Shown in pieces: positions 45,262 to 64,000 of a DNA stretch of 64,000 nt. Each line of letters begins with the position of its first letter. The stretch's first letter is position 1. The position numbers and the translations under genes are program-made. Location of the stretch: assembly GCF_009914755.1 (NCBI RefSeq), contig NC_060947.1. The stretch is one strand, 5' to 3'. This stretch comes from the human T2T-CHM13v2.0 reference genome, Homo sapiens. Under the pieces are notes generated by a model. The model saw only the letters and a list, made by a program, of their open reading frames with translations, had not been told where the DNA came from and ran no database searches.

Positions 45262-45769
45262 TTACGGCCACCCACTCTCATGACCTCATTTTAACCTAAT
45301 TACCTCTTCAAAGACTGTCTCCAAATAGAGTCACATTCTGAGGTTCTGGGGGTTTGGACTTCAATATATAAATTTTGGGGCAGAGTGACACATTTGAGTG
45401 CATACCATGAAGTAACTACAAATAGCCTTTCTGCTGGTTCTTCCACATCTGGTTTGGCCCCTCTGTTATCACATCTTCATGAAGTAGTCAGAGGAGCTGA
45501 TAATGTTACTGGCCCTCCTCCACAACATGCACGTACACTCACATAGTTATAATTCTCCAGTGACTTTCCAATGTGTTTAGGAAAAAGCCTTTCTTTTTTT
45601 TTTTTTTTTTTTTTATAGGGCCAACAAGACAATAGTAGTCTGACTTCTGCTGATGCACTTGTTTCCTTGCCTAAAACACTTCCCCCCTAACCCAACTGGT
45701 CCCCTAACCTAATAATTTCACTTATTCTTTGAAATCTGGATTACTGCCCCTACCATTGAGTCAATTCTT

Positions 45770-50746
<4,977 letters not shown>

Positions 50747-50836
50747 TAAAAAATAAATAAATAGGCCGGGCACGGTGGCTCACACCAGTAATCCCAGCAC
50801 TTTGGGAGGCAGAGGCGGGCGTATCACCTGAGGTCA

Positions 50837-51061
<225 letters not shown>

Positions 51062-51546
51062 CTAAACTGCAGACTTTATTCAGGTGTCACCAGTTTCCCA
51101 CTAATGTCCTTTTTCTGTTTAGGATCCAATTCAGGATCCCACATTGCATTGAGTTGTCTGTCCAGTGAAGGATTTTAAAGAGCAGTGAGACATGATCAGA
51201 TTTGCACTATCAATTTGGGAGAAGCATATTTAGATTGGGGGAAATTGGGAGGAAAAAAGTGAGTCAAGGCAGGAAACCCAAGGGGTAGGCTAGTTTGGTC
51301 CTGTCAGCACACAGCATGAAAGGTAAGATGTGGCCTCTGGAGCTGGCATGCTTGGCCTACCATGGACATTAGTTCCCTTTTGGAGGTTCCAATAAACTGA
51401 TCTAGAAACATGGCTTAAATAGAACATGATTCCACTGGATCACAGTATTCCTTTGTTCACTACTTAATTTGGGTATGTACATATTGAAGTGAACTGGAAA
51501 GAGGATGGAAACTGCAGCTGGGATAACTTTAACTGTAAATGATTAG

Positions 51547-52145
<599 letters not shown>

Positions 52146-52820
52146 TGATCCGCCTGCCTCGGCCTCCCAAAGTGCTGGGATAACAAGCGTGAGCCACCGC
52201 ACCTGGCCAATAGTCTGATTTAGAAATTTTCTTTAATGTGGCCTGAAGCACCTGGTTTGTAAAGTGCCATAATTTGCTTTTCTCTCTTTTGCGAAATTGT
52301 TTGAGTGACACCACCTATCACAGATTTTCCAGTTAACTCTCTCTAGGCAGTATTCTCAAAGCTTAATGCCTAACTTGACATTCATATGGTCCACCCAATT
52401 TTTTTTTTTTTTGAGACTGAATCTCGCTCTGTTGCCCAGGCTGGAGTCCAGCAGCATGATCTTGGCTCACTGCAACCTCCACCTCCTGAGTTCAAGTGAT
52501 TCTCCTGCCTCAGCCTCCCTAGTAGCTGGGATTACAAGCGTGCGCCCCCATGCCCAGCTAATTTTTGCGTTTTTAGTAGAGATGAGGTTTCACCATGTTG
52601 GTCAGGCTGGTCTCAAACTCCTGATCTCAAGTGATCTGCCTGCCTCAGCCTCCCAAAGTGCTGGGATTACAGGCATGAGCCACTGCACCCAGCCTTCACT
52701 CAATCTTTTGTTTCTGAAACATTTTTAATGAACATAGCTGGAAGATTAACAGCTATATTACCTCATAAAAGGAGTTTTAAAAATTAACAAATACTTTATA
52801 CTTCCTTTTAATATCATTAT

Positions 52821-53873
<1,053 letters not shown>

Positions 53874-54195
53874 TGAACTCCTGACCTCGTGATCTGTCCA
53901 CCTCCGCCTCCCAAAGTTCTGGGATTACAGGCGTGAGCCACCGCACCCAGCCAGAAGACCTGCTTTCTAACCTCAGCTTGGTCATCTATTAGCTATGTGA
54001 CGTTGGACAAGCAAATTAACTTCTCTTCAATTATCTCACATAAAACAAAGAGATCAATAACTAACCTGCCTACCTGATACGAACACTAGGAGGATCACAT
54101 AAAATGACTAGGAAAGAACTTTGTAATTTCTACCGCTACATAACAAGAGGGAGAGGGCATTATTATCTTTGTCATCTACACTTACTCTCATTTTA

Positions 54196-54333
<138 letters not shown>

Positions 54334-54376
54334 TTACCTGGGTGTGGTGGCCCATGCCTGTAATCCCAGCTACTCA

Positions 54377-54511
<135 letters not shown>

Positions 54512-54814
54512 TCAATCTCTTCCAGGGTCCGGAGCAAACCAGGAGCTGCTTTCAAATGGTATATAGCTTTCTGCTTCTAGATGGCATGGCCTTGCTCCAG
54601 AACCCTAAGTGTCTGCACCACCACACTCGGCTAATTTTGTATTTTTAGTAGAGATGGGGTTTCTCCATGTTGGTCAGGCTGGTCTCGAACTCCCGACCTC
54701 AGGTGATCCACCCGCCTCGGCCTCCGAAAGTGCTGGGATTACAGGCGTGAGCCACCGCGCCCGGCCACTTTTTCATTTTTATTTTTAACACAACAACCAA
54801 CCAAGTAGGGTTTA

Positions 54815-55489
<675 letters not shown>

Positions 55490-55490
<1 letters not shown>

Positions 55491-56140
55491 TACAGGGCTG
55501 GCCAGAGGTGGCAGGCGGGGAGGCTAGTACCTGTCCTTGCCGTCTCACAGGCTTTGTTGTTGGAGAAAACCAGGCCTGCCTGGTGGATGCTTTTGCTGCT
55601 CTGGGTCCTCATACATGTTGCAGGGTTGTAAGGAAGCAAAAGATGAACATGGTTTGGATGGGCCGGCTGACCAACTCCTAGAGCCTCCAAAATATACAGA
55701 ATATGCTGGAATGGGTTAATAGGCTTCTGGAAGGTAGTCGTGTTGCCCACATCAGCTGAGTAGCCCGTGGTGGGTGTGCTGTTTACGTGGATGGTGCACA
55801 GTCTCAGCTTATCTCCAGGACTGGCTTGGTGCCCAGCAGGTGGCTGGAGCTGGCGACAACAACACACTGGTGGCATCAGGAGAGCTGCGTCTTGTAGACT
55901 TTGGTGATGCTTCACTTCTTGAGGTTGACATAGGCATACGCCGTCCCTGCAGGGAGCCTTAAAGGAAGACCTCAATGTCACTGTTAGAGTCTGACCAGGG
56001 TCGGGGCCTACGTCCTGGAGGTGACCTGGGAGGCAGGGATGTAAAGCTCACACCTTCTTGTGGAGCGGCGGGCCCTCCTAAGGTTTGCTTCCTTGGCACC
56101 TGGAGGAGCTGGTATCCAAGCTCCAGGACTAGGCCTGGGA
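55490..56140 (-). pseudogene. Decayed retrocopy of sialyltransferase ST6GALNAC6
   Basis: Minus-strand frames give TSLPPRSPPGRR, SNSDIEVF, VNLKK*SIT, CHQCVVVASSSHLLGTK, CTIHVNSTPTTGYSADVGNTTT and IHQAGLVFSN. These match ST6GALNAC6 including sialylmotif L, with stops, frameshifts and deletions. Confidence 0.85.
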
Positions 56141-56919
56141 GGCTGTCCTGTTTTTTTTATTATACACGTTTTCAACCAAAGGCAGACCAGAGAGCCATAC
56201 TAATGCAGCGGTAAAGCACAGAATTTTTATCCAAGCTCTGGTTACTTCCAACCGTGACCGCTCTCACGCTTGCTAGCTCCAATTTCCCATTCCTCTTCAC
56301 AAAGGATGTGCCCTGGCAATCATGCTATTCTGCCCTGCAAATCTTGACATGGGCTTCTCCACTCCTTTTGATCAAGTTCAACCTTTTCACTCTCACAATT
56401 CCCTTATTTCTCATCATTCGCATATTTCCTTTCATTTCTCCTACAACTTTTTCAACATCTCTAGTCCAAGAGTTAACTTGATATATTTCTACACGCCTCG
56501 GCTCACCGCCAGCACGATGCCTTTGTTGTCTTGAATCGCCGCCTGCCAATCACCAGGAGACACAGACCTCTAGGAGCGAGGGAACTTGGACAGAAAGGCA
56601 CTTGGCAAGGCGCACACGACTCAGCGTAAACAAGTGACCTCTTGTTCTCCAAAGCTCTTGAAACACAAGAAGGAAAAATAACAAGCTCTTCTACTATCTG
56701 TGTCCTATCATACCTACAATACTCTCTTGGTCCACATGCAAGCACTTTGCATTATAGTACACCACAAGGAGAAAAAGGTAAGACAGGATTCTTAACAGAG
56801 GTCGTAAAATAAGGTCCCCGCCGCTAAGAGAAAGAAGACTTTCTTCCAATAGCATAGAGCAGGACTCCACCTCCACCTCCCTTTTCTTTAGTCTTTTGCC
56901 CTTCCATCCTCCTTCCAAG

Positions 56920-57820
<901 letters not shown>

Positions 57821-58334
57821 GTGCGGCCCTAGAATGCCACACCCCCTAATTCCTGCAGCCAGAAATGAAGATGGCAGGGGCGGTAACACTGCTAGTTTGG
57901 GACTAAGAAAGGCAACCTCGGGAGGAGGCGAGCCCCTGCTATGATGAAACTTCTAGGACAGCCTCCCTTCGCCCCCCCCAACCTGTGCAGGGCCTAGCGT
58001 GGCTGCAAGCGAGGCAGAGCGCAAGGCACCGCCAGAGCCACGGGAAAGGGCGAGGCGGGGAAGTCTGGGGATGGCGGGGCGGGGCGGGGCGGCTCGGCTC
58101 GGCGGGGATCCCCACGCATGCGCACCGCGACAGCTCACGATGCCCGCCTACTGGCGCCCTAGCAACCGGGTTGCGAACCATGTTCTATCCCGACTAAGTG
58201 GCCGTCCTGGGAGTTATAGTGCCACTAGCCGGCCTCGGCTGTTCCCTGTCCGAGGCTCTTGTCATTTCCGCTTATTTCCTCCACGGGTGCCGATTTCATG
58301 TGTGTGTTCCCGAGTGCCTGAGCCGGCTCCCGAA

Positions 58335-58524
58335 ATGAGTACTCGTGGTTTCCGCGTGGGAACCAACCTCGAGCGCCAGTGGCCCGCCCTCTCCGGGCTG
58401 AGGTGGCTGCTGAGGCTGGGGCTGCTCCTGAGGCTTCAGGGCCGCCCGCTGCACGGCTTTCTACCTTCCCAGGTTAGCCGCGGTCAACTTCTGCCAGGCG
58501 GAGCGAGAAATCGCATTTTGTCAG
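58335..58524 (+). pseudogene. TM9SF5P: TM9SF2-like (nonaspanin) unprocessed pseudogene, coding exon 1, frameshifted
   Basis: ATG 58335 gives signal-peptide-like MSTRG...LRWLLRLGLLL. The +1 frame then reads AFYLPRLAAVNFCQAEREIAFCQ (TM9SF2: AFYLPGLAPVNFCDEEKKSDECK) and ends at a phase-0 donor CAG|GTGAGG. ATG to donor is 190 nt (3n+1). Confidence 0.88.
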
Positions 58525-58699
58525 GTGAGGATTGGAGGGAGTGAGAGAGATGTGAGGGGAAGGCTTCGGGTAGGGGTATAGGGCCGATAGGGGACGACCA
58601 GGGCCGAGAGCTCATGGACTTGGACCCGGAATGCCATTGCCTTCCCTGTGGGTATGTCTCAGGGGCTTTCAATCTCGGAGTCTCCCACTTCGCGGATCT

Positions 58700-59250
58700 T
58701 TCCCGCCCTCTCAGTATCTCCTCCTTCCTCACAGTTCCTCCCCTTCCTCTTCTTTTTCTGCTCCCTCCCTTCCCTCTCATCTCGTCTTCTTCCTTCTCCC
58801 TCTCGGCTCCAACGCCTACTGTTTCGGCCCCACCTTCTTATCTTGGCTCCTCCCCTTCCCCCCCTTATCGACTCCTTACCCAGTCTCTTTTTGTTCTGCC
58901 AGTGCTCTCTCGGCTCCTCCCCCTCCTCCTTTCTCCTGGATGCTACGCCCTCTCCCATCTCCTTCTCTTTCCCCTCCCTCTCGGCTCCTCTCCCTACCCC
59001 TCCCTCTCTTCTCCTTTACCTTCCTCCTCACTGCTGCTTTTTCTAGTCTCTTCCCCTCTGCTCTTCTGTTTTCCTTTTTACTGCTCCTCCTCCTTCCTCT
59101 AAGTCCTTCCCACTTCCCTCCCTATTGGCTGCTCCTCCACCTCCCTTTTGGCTTCTCTCCTGCCTCAACTAACTCCTCCCCTCCTCCCCAACGCCTTCGG
59201 TTCCCTCTCAGCATCTGTAACCCTTCCCTTCCCTCCACCCTTTCCCTCGT
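58700..59250 (+). repeat. Pyrimidine-rich low-complexity tract
   Basis: ~550 nt dominated by C/T on the + strand. Confidence 0.9.
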
Positions 59251-60076
59251 GTTCTTACACAATCTTCCATTCTGGACACATACACTCATTGTGGTCTTTC
59301 TTAAATACATCCCCACCATGCTGTGTTACCCCTCACTCATATGGTCTCACACTCTTACCCCCCTAATTCTTGTTAATCCACTTGGGTCTCCTGGGTCCTT
59401 TCTCTGCAAACATAGTGTTATTTACTTCTAGAGATTTGTGAGAATAAAATGAGATAGTACATGAAAAGCACTTACGACGGCACCTTGCACATAGTAAGCT
59501 TTCAATAAATGGTAACTGTCATCATTATTACTTTTCTTTAGCCAGGGATTCCTGGCACAATTCCTCTTCAGCGTGTCCCTCAACCACCAGTAATTTCTTG
59601 GCTCCCTTCCTTAGTAGCCTCGTTGTTTTCATTGTAAGCTGACTCAAAAGGAATTTTTCTTGCAAGTAATCAATTCAAAAAGTATTAATAAATAAGACTT
59701 ATGTTCTGATCTCTAGTTGCCTAATCTAGGGTGTAGGGGGGTATTCTGGTAGAAGGCATCACAAATGCACACAAAGTTGAGAATGGTGCTGGTGCCATCT
59801 GACTATAGACTTAGCCAACTTTAAGGTTCTAGGAGTTTTTAAAGGCTAGTTCTAGGTGCAGCATGTTTACTTTTCAAACCTGGAGCTTGCCTTTCCCTGT
59901 GAGAAATATTGATAGCAGTGTTTTGAGCAAACCTCTTGCCAAACACATGTAAGAAATAGCATCCTTTTTATATTTTTTATTTGCCTTTTCTCTGACTGTT
60001 TATATCTACTCCTTGCTCTTTATTCTTTATTTCAGCAGGCTCCCTAACAAAGAAACATGATTAGTAACATCTGGAA

Positions 60077-60313
60077 CCTTTCCTTTCCTTTCCCTTTCCC
60101 CTTCGGCTTCCCCTCTTCTTTCCTTCCTTCCTCCCTCCCTCCCTCTCTCTCTCTTTTTCTTTCTCTTTCTTTCTCTTCCTTCCTTTCTCTTTCTTTCTTT
60201 TCTTTCTTTCTTTTCTTGCTTTCTCTTTCTTTCTCTTTCCTTCCCTTTCCTTCCTTTCTTTTTCCCTCCCTCCCTTCCTCCCTTCCTTTCTTTCCTTCCT
60301 TCTTTCTTTTTTT
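60077..60313 (+). repeat. (CTTT/CCTT)n simple repeat expanded from an antisense Alu tail
   Basis: Direct reading; abuts Alu(-) at 60314-60606. Confidence 0.9.
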
Positions 60314-60321
60314 TGAGATGA

Positions 60322-60534
<213 letters not shown>

Positions 60535-60631
60535 TGACCTCAGGTAATCCACCCACCTCGGCCTCCCAAAGTGCTAGGATTGCAGGTGTGAACCACTGCA
60601 CCTGGCAACATAAACTTTCTATACTGAATGA

Positions 60632-61096
<465 letters not shown>

Positions 61097-61717
61097 TAGT
61101 AGAGATGGGGTTCCATCTCTACTACATGGTTCCATCTTTCTACATGGTTCCAACATGTTGGCCAGGCTGGTTTCGAACTCCTGACCTCATGTGATCCGCC
61201 CACCTTGGCCTCCCAAAATGCTAGGATTACAGGTGTGAGCCACCTCACCTGGCCCTGCCTCAGCCTTCTGTGTAGCTGGGACCACGCCCAGCTAATTTTT
61301 GTAGTTTTAGTAGAGACGGGGCCAGTCTGGTCTCAAATTCCTGACCTGAAGTAATCCACCTGCCTCGGCCTCCCAAAGTGCTGGGATTACAGGTGTGAGT
61401 CACCGAGCCTGGCAACTTTTTCACCTTTGTAAAAAATCACTTGGGCATAGTTGTATGGCTGTATTTCTGAGTTTTCTGTTGTACTGTTACATTGGTTTGT
61501 GTGTCAGGCATTAGCTTTTTGATGATTAAATTTGCATGCAATACCTTTGTGGAGTGCCATTGTTCTAACAGGAAAGTGTACCTTATCAAGAAATGCTATC
61601 CCTTGGACTGAAGAAACTTGGCAGTGTAGTACAACTCTGCTGCCAATAAGATTCTTTTTTGGTTCATATTTGTATTATTTCAGGACAGTAGGTGCTAAAA
61701 TATGACTCTGTTTTTCA

Positions 61718-62134
<417 letters not shown>

Positions 62135-62396
62135 TTACCTTGATAATCCTCCATAGCTAGACCTTGTAAATAAGAAATTTTGTATTAAAAGTATCAAATA
62201 TTTTATGATCACATTCTTTTGGTAACAGTGTTATTCAGAGAAAAATCACGTACCATATAATTCACCCACTTAAAGTGTCTAATTTAGTGTTTTTTAGTAT
62301 ATTCACAGAGTTGTACAACCACCACTACCATCAATTTTATTGTCACTTTTAAGTGAAGGATTGTATATCAGGGTAGTTCTTAGGAAGCTAGGGTGG

Positions 62397-62813
62397 ATTT
62401 CATATCCCACCTTGTATGTTATTGAAGAAGACAAATTCTTCTCTTCAGTGATGACAGCATTGTGTGTGTGTCTAGTTGTAATCATTTCAGTTACAAATGA
62501 AAAGTAGAAGAGGAAAATGTAGAGAATAATGGCATACTGAAGTCTTTGAAGAAGTTTTACCTGTAAGATAAATTGCTTATTTCATATCCCACCTTGTATG
62601 TTATTGAAGAAGACAAATTGCTTATTTCATATCCCACTTTGTATGTTACTGAAGAAGACAAATTCTTCTCTTCAGTGATGACAGCATTGTGTGTGTGTCT
62701 AGTTGTAATCATTTCAGTTAGGAATGAAAATGTAGAAGAGGAAAATGTAGAGAATAATGGCATACTGAAGTCTTTGAAGAAGTTTTACCTGTAAGATAAA
62801 TTGCTTATTTCAT
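62397..62813. repeat. Complex tandem duplication: 182 bp + 45 bp + 183 bp
   Basis: ATTTCAT junctions at 62397, 62579, 62624 and 62807; the long copies are nearly identical. Confidence 0.95.
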
Positions 62814-62873
62814 GACATTTGAATTATAAACTTTAGCCAAATCTCTTAATATTTTCAATTTTTTTCTTAACAG

Positions 62874-62986
62874 TTTTAACAAAACAGAAATGTGTAAAAA
62901 TTTGTGTAAAATCTTACGATCGAGACCAAATGGACAAGCTGGCTTTTTTTGAAGAAAGTAATACGACTGAATTACTAGCATCATTG
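62874..62986 (+). pseudogene. TM9SF5P: TM9SF2-like pseudogene exon homologous to TM9SF2 exon 4
   Basis: Polypyrimidine-CAG acceptor. Reads FNKTEMCKNLC / [13 protein letters not shown] / [12 protein letters not shown] across two frameshifts (TM9SF2: FNKKETCKLVCTKTY...KLEFLKKSMLLNYQHHW). TAG at 62976-62978; phase-2 donor TG|GTAGGT. Confidence 0.85.
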
Positions 62987-64000
62987 GTAGGTTTGGCATC
63001 TGAAATAACATGACTTGGCTGGGTGAGGTGGCGTGCCACCTCAGCACTTTGGGAGGCCAAGGTGGACAGATTGCTTGAGCTCAGGAGTTTGATACCAGCC
63101 TGGCCAGCGTGGCGAAAACCCATCTCTACTAAAAATACAAAAATTAGCCGAGCATGATGGCAGGCACCTGTAATCCCAGCTACTTGGGAAGCTGAGGCAC
63201 ATGAGAATTGCTTGAACCTGGGAGGCGGAGGTTGCAGTGAGCCGAGATTGCACCACTGCACTCCAGCCTGGGTGAAAGAGTGAGACGCTGTCTCAGAAAA
63301 AAAAAAAAAAATTAACATGACTCAATTAATTTTTCAATTCCTTTCAGAAGTTTTTTGTTTGTTTGTTTTGAGACAGGGTATTGTTCTGTGGCCCAGGCTG
63401 GAGCAAAGTGATGTAATCATAGCTCACTGCATCCTCAAACTCCTGGGCTCAATTGATCCTCTTAGCCTCCTGAGTAGCTAGGACTACAGGCATGTGCCAC
63501 CATGCCTGGTTAAGTTTTGATTTTCTTTTTTGTCTTTTTTTTTTTTTTTTCTTGAGACAGAGTCTAGCTCTGTTGCTCAGGCTGGAGTGCAGTGGCGTGA
63601 TCTAGCACACTCGAAATCTCCACCACCCAGGTTCAAACAATTCTCCTGCCTCAGCCTCCTGAGTAGCTGGGATTACAGGCACCCGCCACCACGCCCAGCT
63701 AATTTTTGTATTTTTAGTAGAGACGGGGTTTCACTGTGTTGCCCAGGCTGGTCTTGAACTCCTGACCTCGTAATCCGCCCGCCTCAGCCTTCCAAAGTGC
63801 TGGGATTACAAGTGTTAGCCACCGTGCCCAGCCTTTGTTTTTTCTTTTTTGCTGTCACCTTATTTTTTTTTTATTATTTTTATTTTCTTTTTGTAGAGAC
63901 AGGGTCTAGCTATGTTGCCCAGGCTGGTCTTGAACTCCTGGCCTCAAGCAGTGCTTCCACCTTGGACTCCCAAAGTGAGTCACCACACCCTGCCAAAAAA

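Noticed and set aside
57999-58544. 181-aa ORF as an intact protein
   Set aside because: GC-rich CpG-island ORF. Only the part from ATG 58335 to ~58430 is ancestral coding, and it reads through the donor at 58525.
58614-59431. 266-aa, 162-aa and 132-aa Pro/Leu/Ser-rich ORFs
   Set aside because: Stop codons are depleted by the C/T-only composition.
62218-62340. GTGTTATTCAGAGAAAAATCACGTACCATATAA resembling TM9SF exon 3 (VLFGERI..PYK)
   Set aside because: Continues as ATTCACCCACTTAAAGTG...TATATTCACAGAGTTGT, the antisense 3' end of an L1MB-type element; no donor GT and no FDFC motif upstream.

Overview
Very Alu-rich primate DNA that I recognise as the human Xq26.3 RBMX locus. The only intact protein-coding gene is RBMX (hnRNP G) on the minus strand. 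It has a non-coding exon 1 in a CpG island (~29324-29450), eight coding exons from 28154 to 22865 that sum to 1176 nt (391 aa), the intronic C/D snoRNA SNORD61, a proximal polyA signal at ~22205, and two distal alternative 3' exons (21068-20991 and 19139-~17910). A second CpG island at ~58 kb starts a decayed, intron-containing TM9SF2-like gene on the + strand (TM9SF5P). Its exon 1 is frameshifted, an exon-4 homologue carries two frameshifts and a nonsense codon, and I could not find exons 2-3. A decayed ST6GALNAC6 retrocopy lies at ~55.5-56.1 kb (-). The first 10.4 kb is a ~4.1-kb tandem array of about 2.5 copies with shared and copy-specific Alus. The rest is Alu, L1, L2, MIR, MaLR/ERV LTR and MER repeats, and nearly all ORF-track entries are Alu artefacts. 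The most interesting unexplained signals are in RBMX 3' regulation: U1-like antisense elements complementary to the poison-exon donor, a recursive-type splice junction, a long open +1 frame, and inverted Alus around exons 4-5. Gene and repeat names come from recalled sequences, not database searches.
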